Origin: Octopus bimaculoides
Taxonomy: Eukaryota
DNA: 48,008 nucleotides
Reading direction: 5' to 3'
Assembly (NCBI RefSeq): GCF_001194135.2
Contig: NC_068988.1
Span: 75,422,373-75,470,380, forward strand
The notes below the pieces were generated by a model. The model saw only the letters and a list, made by a program, of their open reading frames with translations. It was not told the origin of the DNA and searched no databases. Shown one piece after another: positions 36,777 through 48,008 of this stretch (within the stretch, counting starts at the first letter, position 1; each line of letters begins with the position of its first letter). Both the position numbers and the translations under genes were made by a program.

Positions 36777-37880
36777 CAGTTGTTCCCATCAACTCTAATT
36801 GAGTTAGTTGTGATTTTTGTTTGAAGGCTTTGTGCTTACTGTTCAATTCTGCAGAATATTGTTGCTGTTTCGCGGGCCTGTGTTTTTACTTGTTTTTCTT
36901 TTCCCTATTTAGAGGTAAAGAGATCTGGAAAAAGTTGAATTGTTCACCGGAACAAGCAAAATCCGGGACCTATGCTTCAGCGGCGGGAAGTCGTACTACC
37001 GCGACGTATTCACTGGAGATACGAGAAATCCATATTGATCATGAGAAGTTGGAGAACTACAAAGAACTGTTCCAGAAGAAGGGGTCAAGTTTAAGGATGA
37101 CCTCCTCCAGAGGAACTGACCCACAATACAAGGAGGACAGTGTTCTACAGAACGCTGTCCTTAACCAGCAAGAAGATCGTGATGGCAACAGGGGATGACA
37201 TTGAGAAATGTTTGGAGGAGATAAAAGACATCGCGACTTTTTACACTATAGGAAGAAAATCTAGCACATTGGAAGTGAGGTTTGCCACAGAAGAAGAGGC
37301 AATAAATCACTCCACTACGCCACTGAGATCAGAAGTATGGGTGCTCTTGCCGACATACTGCTGAAAAAGAGTCGCTAGAATTAGGATAGGCAGAGTGTCA
37401 CCTGAAATTGAAGAAGCGTGGCTGGTAGCAACCGCGAAGATCATGCTTGTAGCAAGAACGAAGAAACTAAATCGCTGGGGTTATGGCCTGGAAATGGTTA
37501 TCCAGGCCATCCAGCAAGACTTAAATGAAATAACGGAAGATGTGCTGGTACCAGAAGATAGAAAGTTGAGAGTAGTGGAAAAGGGAAGACCACTCACTTG
37601 CTACCATTGTGGAGAAAAGGAGTACATCAAAATAAAAGTGCACTCAGATAAGTAGTGAAATAACGGAAACCCAGAAGGTACACAGTAGGAGTATTGAAAA
37701 GACAGTCCCGCCCAGGAAGAGAGTATAGAAGACACAGAGGTGGAGGAATTTATTGAAGTTCCCAAAAGAAAAAGAAATGTAACAACAAATTCATTCCCGA
37801 AAAGCACCAAGAAAAAGAGGAGAAATAACAAAACTGAAGACACTGTACAACAAACACATAACATACTAGATACACAATAG
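36777..37880 (+). mobile_element. ORF1-only Tx1-related element, 5' part
   Basis: T-rich 5' UTR starting CAGTTGTTCCCATC; ORF1 motifs VLLPTYC, PEIEEAWLVA and GRPLTCYHCG; basic tail. Confidence 0.75.
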
Positions 37881-38800
37881 TTTACAGAACGCTGTCCTTA
37901 ACCAGCAAGAAAATTGAGATGGCAACAGAGGAGGCCATCGAGGAAGAATATATGGCACAGTGGAAGTGAGGCTTTCCACAGAAGAAAAGACAATAAATCA
38001 CTCCACTGTGCCGCTTAGGTCACAAGAATGAGTGCTCCTGCCGACTTACTGCGGCAAAAGAGTCGCTGAAATTAGGATAGGCGGCAGGGTGCCACCTGAA
38101 ATTGAAGAAGCGTGGCTGGTAGCAGCCGTGATGTACAGGAGCCAAGAAGATGCGAAAATTATACAAGTGGCAAGAGTGAAGAAACTGAATCACTGGGGTT
38201 ATGGCCTGGAAATGGTTATCCAGGCCACCCAGCATACAACACTACCGGTAACACCAAAAAGAAAAAAGAAAAGAAAAGAAAGAAACTGTCCCAGATAGCC
38301 CTAGCTCACCATGTAGTAAAACAGATACCAATGCAGACAGGCAAAACACACAGTCCCTCAAAAAAACCCGCAAATACAAAGCATACATCATGACATACTC
38401 CGAAAGCACGGCAATTGAACGTAAGAACACCAAATTCAAATCGGTGATCAGAGTGATGCCAAATTAAAGGAATTGTTTGGTTCACACATTGACCCATTAG
38501 GAGCAGAAGTGGAGCACGATGACCTACCTCCAGTCGTGGATTATAAGGATTTAATACCATACGTAAACTGGTAAGTAAAGTAAGTAAAATTTACTCGATA
38601 AAAAAATGATAAAAAACTTTTTATAAACAACAGTTAAATGTAACCACTCGAGAGTGGGGCTCGGGTGGCCGTTTCACCCCCATTGTTATATAAGTTCATA
38701 CTCATCCATTCGTTTAATGTTTTATATCCTCACTTTGCCTTGTTTTGTCTATCCTTGCGCTGTCCCTTCTATGTAAGGCCCTTAGTGTCCAATAAAGAAA
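37881..38800 (+). mobile_element. ORF1-only Tx1-related element, 3' part (internally deleted)
   Basis: Starts with a duplicate of about 37143-37195 (TACAGAACGCTGTCCTTAACCAGCAAGAA); LLPTYCGKR motif; 3' terminus GCGCTGTCCC...AATAAAGAAA. Confidence 0.75.
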
Positions 38801-39532
38801 TATGTTCCAATTATCTCTGACTGAGTTAGTCGTGATTTTTATTTGAAGACTTTGTGCTTATTGTTGAATTCTGTGGAATACTATTACTGTTGCTGAATAT
38901 TGTTGCAGTTTTACCTGCAGGCCTGTGCTTTTGTTTGTTCTTCTCTTCCCCATTTAAGGGCAAAGAGACTTGAAAAAAAAATGAATTGTTCACCGGAAGA
39001 AGCCCATGCAGGGAGCTATGATTCGGCGGCCCGAAGTGGTACCGCCGTGACGAATTCGCTGGAATGCGAGAGGTCCAAATAGAACACAAGTAGGAGAATT
39101 ACAAAGAACTGATCCAGAAGAAGGAGTCAAGTTTAAGGTTGACCCAACCCAGGAGGAGGGTATGGAAGACACAGAGGAGGAGGGGTTCACCGAAGTTCTC
39201 AAAAGAAAAAAAGGAACCAGTAAATACACTCCCGAAAAGCACAAAGAAGAAGAGGAAGAATAGTAAAACAGAAGACATTGTTCAGCTAACACACAACACA
39301 CAAGATACACTCGCACACCATACATCACCACCAGTAACACACACACAAAAAAGAGGAAACTGTCCCAGATAGTCCGAGTTCACTTCGTAGACAAACAGAC
39401 ACAGACGGGCATAACACACAGTCCCTCAAGTGTCCCCGTAAAAGCAAAGTGTATATGTCCCCACTTTGTGTTGTCGGTCCTTGTACCGTCCCTTCTATGT
39501 TGGGCCCTCAGTGGGCCCAACATAGAAAGAAA
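38801..39532 (+). mobile_element. Internally deleted ORF1-only Tx1-related element with both termini
   Basis: 5' UTR and N-terminus align with about 36781-37105; 3' terminus TTGTACCGTCCC...GAAAGAAA. Confidence 0.75.
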
Positions 39533-40846
39533 TATGTTCCAATCATCTCGACTTGTTCGTGTATGTTTGTGCGTTGTTCCAAAGATCGGTAAGGTTTATT
39601 GAAAGGTGTTTATTTCTGATTGTTGTGTTTTTTGGAACTTGTTTTTGCTGCCATGCGGCAGTTTTGTTAACGCTGTTCCCCTTATTCAGAAGAGGAATTA
39701 ATAAAAGCCTTGAACAGTTCAGACAGAAAAATGAACTTCGCAAGAAATCGGCAAATATAAGGAGATATTAAGAAGGGAGGGACACAATGTGAAGGTGTCC
39801 CCTTCCCAAGAAGCAATACAAAGTGAGAAAGAAAAAGTAATTATTTGCAGAACATTTTCAGTAAAGAACCAGAAAACTGAGGTAATGATGGAGGCACAAA
39901 TTGAAAGAGCGTTAAAGCCAATATGAAGAGAGATTGTTTACCTCAACAGAGGTCGAGAGTTTGGAAGTATGGAGGTGCGGTTCCAAGATGCAGCGACCAC
40001 CAGGCTACACTCGGCGACCCCTTTTAAAAACGGAGGAGGTAGTGCTCCATATACCTTGGAAGGCGTGCTTCCAGGGTAAGGGCAGAAGACATACCCCCAG
40101 AAATAGACCTAGTCTGGCTAATGGACGTTATCCTGCTGGGCTTGGAGGAGAAGGTGGTGGTCCTCCAAGCCACTTGTATTGCCCACAAGAATTGGCAGGG
40201 GCAGGGTTTCGATATGTTGATCCAGGCTGCCACAGAAGACCTAGAACAGATGATAGAGACTATAACGATTGAAGACACAATACTGAAGGGTAGAGTGGAG
40301 GGCAGGATCCCTCGGTGCTACAAATGTGGCCAAAAAGGCCACATTAGGGTAGACTGTCTTCCACCACCCGAAGAAATGCAGACCAAGCCCGTGAGCGGAA
40401 AGGAAGCCGCACCTGCGCCTCCAGCAGAAACTGGTGCCGAAGGTGAAAATAAAAGATAGGTGAAAATAAAAGAAGGCAGATGGGAAAAGGTAGAAAAAAG
40501 GAGAAAGAAATGGAGGAAGACAGCTTGTGAGTGATGAGCTCCATTCCACGTCCACCCTACTCCCACCCAATCCCACTCTGCCCCACCCTTCCCCTGCATA
40601 TACCAATCCTCTCCCTGCCCCACCCGACACGGAAGAAATGAGCACATGCATACAGGAGCCCCAAATTTCCCAGCCCCTGACCTGTAAGGAAAGAAAAGAA
40701 AAGAGTTCATAGTTTTTTTACGATGAAGCAAATACCAAACTTATAAGAGAAATCCCTTGTTAAGACAAGACAATATATATGAGCACGTATCTTTGTGAGC
40801 CCGGGCATTTGGGCTGTATTATAGTCGACCCTATGTATAAGGAGCA
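39533..40846 (+). mobile_element. ORF1-only Tx1-related element, left part (split by a Tx1 insertion)
   Basis: 5' TATGTTCCAATCATCTC; ORF1 with GRIPRCYKCGQKGHIRVDC; the reading frame continues at 45536. Confidence 0.75.
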
Positions 40847-43800
40847 ATTTCCTTATTGTTCACAAGGGGGAGAAACATAGAGGGGACAGTACAGTGGTGG
40901 GGGTCACAAAGATGAAAACAACAAATACAATAAAATACAATAAAATTTAAAATTTTGGATTTACACGAATGATTAGGAAGAACGATTTAGACAAACAATG
41001 AAGTCGGGGATGGGTTCTGCTTCGGCCCCGCAAGCCCCGTTCCACCACTGAGACCTTTCATTAACCTCATGGATACCTTATGCGGGCTCATTCATTTCTA
41101 CCATGCTCGAAACAGCTTCCATCTTTTTTTATATACATCCGGAGCCAGGCACTTCCTCTCCACCCTTATTCTCCTCTTTAGATGGAAAATGAGGAATCTC
41201 ACAAGCCCGAGGCTGGAGAAGATGCCTGTCCCGATTCCTTTCATACGAGTCTTCCACATCGCCTCTTTCGCTATAGCAACTATAGCGAGAAAACAAACCT
41301 TACCTTCTTTATTAATGGAGGAAGGTGGAACAATTTTTAAGATCGACTCGGAAGACAGTTGCACTCTTTCCAGCCATGACAGCATATGTTCTACGTAAAC
41401 CCACATTTCCCTGTCCTGCTCGCATCTTGGGTACATGGGTGAACAAGAGCCACCATGCTTTGCGAGTTTATCGCGAACAGGTAGGGCTCCTCGGTAACAC
41501 TGCCAGGCCAGAGATCTTTCGAAGTTATCCAAGGATCCTGGCCCTAATGTTCTTCGCAACAGGCTGGCTAGTTGATTTTCATCGAGGCCCAAAGTCTCCC
41601 CCATGCCGTCACCACGCCTAGCCTCTACCAGCCCTCTATAAAAGGACGAGGAGGAACCCCTGCTGCTGGCATTACCCGTGCGAGAGAGAAGCAAGAATGC
41701 CTGACTGCATTCCATATGCCACTCACCGGACTTTTGTCTACGTTTGATCCATGGTTCTAGCTCGCTTAAACTAGTGAACATGGGAAATAACGATCTGACG
41801 AATGGAGCCGACACCTGTTCACCATTCGGGTAGGGCCACAGATGCCTCAGCCTCAATGCATGGCTGCGTATTAACAGCATTCCTAGCCCATCCTTTTGCT
41901 CCAACTTGAGCAGCCACGAACCGGGACGAGTTCCAAAACGAGTGATTTATCTCGGTTAACTTTTGCTCCTACCACCGCCTCGTATTCTTTGATGGCCTCA
42001 CCCACATTCTGTAGGTGATCCACCTTGGACACGATGATGGTGATATCATCCGCGAACAACGTGACCGCTCTTCCACGACGAAGATTGCACGGGATGCCCC
42101 TCGGACCCTCCAATTTCCGCAGCAAAGGCTCCAGAGCCAATACGTACAGAAACAGGGAGAGGAGGCATCCTTTACGAACTGAACGCTTGAATTTGAACGG
42201 CCTCGAAAGGAAACCGTTCACCCGAACGATCGAGTCAATGTTGCAGTACAAAGCGATGATCCAACTGCAGAAGACGGGACCAAGTCCAAACGCCGCGAGG
42301 ACCGTCACCAGATACCAATAGTCAACTCTATCGAACACCTTAGACTGGTCTAAATGGACCAGAGCCCACCCTTGCCAGGAGACCTATTAACCCTCTCTAA
42401 GGTGTAGGGTATAAGGTAGAGATTGTCGTGCGTGGATCTGCCAGGAACGGCACAAGTTTGTGCCTCCCTGACGAGTCCACCCTCGATAGGCGCCAACCTT
42501 TTTGCTAACACCTTGGCCAAAATCTTCAACTGCGTTAAGCAGAGTGATGGGTCGAAAATTATCTATAATACCCCCTCCTTTTTGGATCCTTTCTAAGCAG
42601 CGTCACCACTCCCCGGCTTACAGATCTGGGAATAAACCCATTCTGTTGCCAGTAGGTGCCCAAACAAGTCTGGCATACTACAATAAAATTCGTACGGGAA
42701 AACCATCTAGACCCGGCAACATATCTCCACCGTAATCCGCTAAAGCCTCCCCAACCTCCGCAGCTGTAATCGGCCTTTCACAGCATTCCACATCCTACGC
42801 CGAGAGACGCAGCAAACCTTCACTCCGGCCCACCGCCCCTCCCGAAAAGCAATGCGAAATGCTCCTGAAAGACCTTGCACATCTCCTCGGGTTCGTCTAT
42901 CAAGTTCCTTTGATCATTCGTCAAAGACCTTATTGAATTTCTATTTCTTTATTGAGCCTCTATCACACGGGCCCATCCAGCAGCTTTGATTCCTTCCTGT
43001 CCCATTGCACATTGCTTAGACCTGACTATGCGTCCCTCGTATTTAGCCTCGAGGTGTTGGTTCAAAACCAGTCTCGCAGCTAAAACTCGGGGCGCGGAGC
43101 CAGATCTCAGTGCTTCGTCTAGAGCTTTCTATTCTAGTTTTCTTAACAGCTAACTCTTTTCTATACCTAAATGGCTCAAATTTAATTTCTCTTTTGAGGA
43201 CATACCACCATTTGTTGTTAATAACAGTGCCACACAATGCCCTCAAAACTAACTCCTTAATCCACCAAAGACCTTATCGTGGTATCAATACCACGTTGAG
43301 TTTCTACAGTGCGAGCCTACCCTCGCGACTTAGATTGGTTACATAAACAGGAATCCGGCTACTTTCCTGTAGCCGGATTCCTGTCTATGTAATCAATCTA
43401 AGTTAAGCTTACAAGTCACAAATCTGTGATCACTGTAGCTGACGTAGTGAAATTGTGGACAACTAACTAGGGTTTTGTCTAGTTTCATAATTAGAATCCT
43501 ATCTAGATAAGATCTGGTTGACCCATCGCTATTCATTCATGTCCTCAATGGAGCGTCAGGGTTATCCAGTCTGAACCTATCTGCCATTTGAAAACGACTG
43601 AGCAGATTAATAAAGCACAGGTTTTCCCTTCTATTTGTACGTGCGCCAACGTAATCTACGTGTGCATCGCAGAATGCATTAAAGTCACCTACCATTACTA
43701 TGGTATGAGACACCAAGAAATTTCTCTAGGCCTCCAAAAAATCAGTATCAGTTTGTTCAGTTCCTGAATGAGCACAAATAGTAACCAGCCTGAAGACCAT

Positions 43801-45535
43801 ACCACTGCTGAGCGTCACATGAAGGATGACAAATCTGCGTTCCGGATCGATAAAATTTGTTTTTGTCTCTAAGTCCAAATTTTTTCTAAACAACACAGCA
43901 ACACTCCTCCTCCCACCAGGTAGGCCTGGAGAAATAACTTCCTCGTAGCCATTTAGGATGGGGGGAGTCTCTCTGATTGCTTAGTTTGGACTCTGTAGCA
44001 ACTACAATGTCCATTCTATGCGACCTGAGGTCACGAAGGAAACGAGCTTGTTTCCAAATCGACCCCAGGCCGCGCACATTCAAACACCCTACATTAAGCG
44101 TATCCATGAAAGTTTTCACTTACACATTCTTGAGATGGGATGGTACACCATCTCAATCCATTTCGTCTGGGGCTTGCGAGGTATCATAGATAAGTCCCTC
44201 ATAAATTGAAGTCGAAAAGTTCTTTCTCAGAAAGCCCATATCTTTCTCAAATTCTTTTTTGAGTTTGTTGTAATTAGTTCTCGAAATAGCGTATATTGCT
44301 ATGTTTTGTGGAATTTTGTGTTTGTTTTTTTGAGTCACGTCAATCGAGTCTAACGACTCACTTTTTCAGTAATGACTTGTTTGTGGTGTTGTTTGCGTCT
44401 GTATAAATGGAATAGGGCTGGGGATTTTTTTAGTCTCTGTGTGCTTGACTATTTTTTATTTTTTATTTTGGGACTATTGGGGTGGAAAGGGTTTTTCTTT
44501 TCCTTTTTTCCCTTTCAATTTTCTTCCACCTACCTTCTTGGTTCTGCTCCATTTCTTCTGTTTCCGTCGAGTTGTTACTCTCCTCTTCCCTCGCCGCCTT
44601 CTTTGGTGTTTCCTTCGTCTTCTCTACAGATAGGGGTATCGTCTACTGTATTTTCTAAGTCAGCCGGGGCCACTTGAATAAGCATTTCAAGCCCCCTGCT
44701 AATTCATTAATTCAGTTGCTTGGCCTTGGAGGGTTGTTATTTTATCATCCAATCCAGTTGTGATGGTAACCACTAGCTAAGCTGGGTCCACCTCTGGCGG
44801 TATATCTCCTACCCTAATCTTGGAAGTCCGCCTTCCAAGGTAAATGGGTAGGAGCACCACTTCTGTTTTTTAAGTGAATCAGTCTGCTTGGCTTTCTCCT
44901 CGAATTTATAGCGAATCTCAATTGTCGCGAACTTGAATCCTCTGGTTATGTATTCGATGTCGTTCCATTTTGTTTTTAAACATAACTCTACAGCTTGTTT
45001 AGATGCAATATCCAGTCTCTTGTTTTTTTTTTATTTATTTAAAAGGATATATATATAACCGTGCACTTTAATGCTTTGTGCGCGGTTTCACTGAAAGGGT
45101 AATTTTTGTTTCACTCCCCCACCCCCGTTTTACCATTCTTTTAAACTTTTGAAGCTCGTCATTGTCACAATTTATATCCCTTTTTTAACTCCTGTAGCGT
45201 TGGCAAATTTTTTTTTTTCCTTTGATAAATTCTTCGGTTGGTGTATTATGGAGATACGGTATCTCCATAATAAATCCACTTGTACTAGGACCAGCTTCAA
45301 CGTTGGTCCTGACTTTCACTGGTGATTTACCTATTTCACAAAAGACGTTTTTTTTTTCCAACAATATTAATTTTCCCCCTTCACACAAGGGGGAAAAGAT
45401 AACAAAATCTGCCCTCAGCGGGCAACAAAGTGCTTGGAAAAACACTATAACCAAAGGTTCAACAGTCAAACAAGCAAATCAAACAGCAAAAATATTACTA
45501 ACCGTAAGCAAAAGACGAGATAAACTTTGCGGTGA
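40847..45535 (-). mobile_element. Near full-length, decayed Tx1-clade LINE (5' UTR, ORF1, APE-RT ORF2, 3' UTR)
   Basis: ORF1 remnant VLLPIYLGRRTSKIRV (about 44150-45030); ORF2 start MDTLNVGCLNVRGL (about 44107); SDH-type motif; FDRV, RKGCLLS and FADD RT motifs; C-terminal LAWQCYRGALPV; candidate TSD GAGCA/GAACA. Confidence 0.9.
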
Positions 45536-45905
45536 GAACACATACTCCAGCGTTTCCATGTGTATGAGGAGCGACTGAGGGAGTATGAGGAGAGCATTAG
45601 ATGCGTAGAAAAGAATGTCGATACCAGCGAGATGCCCACAATGGTGAGTCCATTCAAATTAAAACAAGACTTTAATATTGACATTGTACAAGTTTAACTG
45701 TTTAAAAAATGTTTAAAAAAAGGGGGAAAAATGTATGATTGTAAAGTTAAATAAAGGCGCCCGGATGTGGGGTCGAGTGTCATCATTTCATTACTTATTT
45801 TATTTTATCTTTCCATCCGTTTTTGTGTCCCCACATTCATTGTACCGTCCTGTTTGTTTATGCATTTCCCCCTCTGTATTTAACCCCCTGTGGGTAATAA
45901 AGAAA
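45536..45905 (+). mobile_element. ORF1-only Tx1-related element, right part (ORF1 end and 3' UTR)
   Basis: Open frame EHILQRFHVYEERL...DIVQV* followed by a T-rich UTR ending TTGTACCGTCC...CCCCTGTGGGTAATAAAGAAA. Confidence 0.7.
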
Positions 45906-48008
45906 AAGTTGTTCTAATCATCTCAGTCTTTACACAAAAGTTTGGATTTACACCGTTGATACTGTGAGTTTGTGGAATTTTGTTACCTGCTTCCAGGCTT
46001 TGTTAATTTCTCCCCTGATGGAGACCGAAGGGGAGAAAGGCCCAAAGAAGGGGAAAAAGCAGAGGAAAAAACGAGGCGGTAGCCCCGGCCAAGGAGGCCA
46101 TTACCCAGAGGGCTACCTCCAGCAGTGAGAAACAAAAGGAAAAGGAGAGAGGCATAAAGGAGCCAGAGAAGGTTATAGAGACCGTCTGAAGAAGTCATAG
46201 AGTTTCAGACGGTATCTCGCAAGAGAGCGAAATGACAGACGGAGTCGCCAACCAAATCACAAGAGGCGACCCCTAAAAAAGGCAGATAAAGGCGGCCAGG
46301 AAAACAAATGTGGAGCAGTCATCAGAACTACCGACCCCCAAAGAGAAGAATAAAGAGAAAAAAAAGAAGAAAAGGAAATACAAGGTTCGAGTGGTGGAGA
46401 AGGAAAGCGAACCTAAGATTAAAATGGTGGTGTATAAAAGCACTAACCTTCATTTGGAAGGGGTGATTAGGCCCCATCTACAAACAAACATTTTCCATAG
46501 TGAGGATGAGAAAAACACCCTCACTTATGGAAAAATTTTCAAAAAATTATTTAAAGAACTTAAGGCTAGACATCCTAAAGACATAGTGGAGCTTGGGGCG
46601 CTCCCAAAATTAACTAATCCGCCGGTGGAGCCGATTCTGGAAGAGAGGTTAGGAGAGGGGGATGATATCTCAGTGGTACTGAGATCAATCCCCCTTAACA
46701 GATGAAAAGGGCAGGTAAGACCAGTTTTTTCTTTTTTGTTTTTTCCTCGATATGGCTACACTCGGCATAGGTTGTTTGAATGTGCGTGGTCTGAGCTCAA
46801 AGTGGAAGCAAGCTTGTTTCCTCAGCGACCTCAGGTCACATAGAATAGATGTGATAGTAGCTACAGAGACTAAGTTGGACAAGCTGCAGACCTTTTCGAC
46901 TCTCCTGGATGACTGAGAAAATCATATCTCTTAGCCAGACATGCTCCGAAAAACTTGGCTCTGCAGATACGTAAGATCTTTGTGAACTCAGAAGGTGAGT
47001 TGGTCGTTCTGGATCTAACATTTACGCGCCTAGTACGGTAGGCAAACGGAATGATTTCTATCGACGACTGGAGAATTTTCTTGTAACGCCAAAGACACTA
47101 GTCATGTTAGGAGACTTTAACGCTCTTCTGGACGCACAATGTGGGCTCGAACAATAGGAAAAATAATTCACGCTCCGTCGATCCGCTAAAGTGATTTAGG
47201 CTGGCAGATCGATACAGACTTGATTATCCGAGCGTTCCAACGTGGACTTGGAGTAATAACGACGGATCAATCAGGATTTTAGTTAATTCTAGAGACAAGT
47301 CTGGTTTCAGTTGTCCCCAATTTACCTATGTCTCCTACACGGATCACAAATTAGTGACGTGTAGGATGCATATAGATAAAGTACATAGACAGGGGTCTGG
47401 CTACTGGATTAACTGCTTGCTAAATCTAATTGACTCAAGTCGAATGGTTCGTTTGAGGGCATATGACCACTGGTTATTTAATACAGTACCGGTCAATGCC
47501 CTCATTACTAACTTTCTAATATGACTACGGTAAGCTTCGCAAGCCAAAAGTGACTTGTTCAAAACAGACTAGAGTAGAAAAGAAATGAGTTAAGGCCTTG
47601 GAAGAGGCGCTGAGAGTAGGCTCTGCACCCCAAGTTTTGGCAGCGAGATCGGTCTTGGACTGACACCTCAATGTCAGACATGAGGGATGCAAGGTTCGGG
47701 CAAAAGTACGTGCAGTGGGTCGCGAGGGTAGGCTCGCACTGTAGAAACTCAACGTGGTATTGATACCACGATAAGGTCTTTGGTGGATGAACATGGACGT
47801 TCGGTCCAAGGACAGGAAGAGATGTGTGAGACCTTTTACGAGCGCTTCGGGAGGGGCGGAGCGCTGGACAACGGGAATGCCCTTCGGGATTTCCTGGCCT
47901 GCGGGCCGCGTATCTCGACACGAGAGGTTGACCGCTGTGAAAGACCGACCACAGCTGCGGAAGTTATAGAGGTGCTTTCCGAATGCTCCGGAGACAAGTC
48001 GCCGGGAT
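45906..48008 (+). mobile_element. Decayed Tx1-clade LINE (deleted ORF1, APE endonuclease), running off the window
   Basis: 5' GTTGTTCTAATCATCTC; Lys-rich ORF1 tail at 46310-46705; ORF2 ATG at 46752 MATLGIGCLNVRGL...DVIVATETKLD; homologous to the minus-strand copy. Confidence 0.88.

Overview
AT-rich, microsatellite-dense, gapped animal genomic DNA; the SINE-like repeats resemble those I associate with cephalopod (Octopus-like) genomes, which is an inference. No prokaryotic features or CRISPR arrays. A minus-strand astacin-family zinc metalloprotease gene can be reconstructed from four well-supported exons (22313-22359, 13016-13091, 11896-12013, 6454-6629) plus one tentative exon (23237-23308). 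The exons join in phase from the GDI pro-peptide motif through [11 protein letters not shown]; the Met-turn exon was not found. Almost everything else is transposable-element debris: tRNA-headed SINEs, a probable solo LTR, and CR1, Penelope, R4/Dong-like, RTE and mariner remnants. The last 11 kb is a cluster of Tx1-clade LINEs and ORF1-only derivatives. Main observations: (1) a tRNA-headed SINE whose tail folds into a minimal type-I hammerhead-ribozyme motif and which also occurs as a head-to-head dimer; (2) ORF1-only 'half-Tx1' elements and full Tx1 elements stacked head-to-tail, with a recurring TGTTC junction motif; (3) many near-perfect fold-back hairpins at TE breakpoints, including a 70-bp segment copied exactly from a neighbouring diverged Tx1 copy. 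All alignments and translations were done by eye and TE boundaries are approximate.
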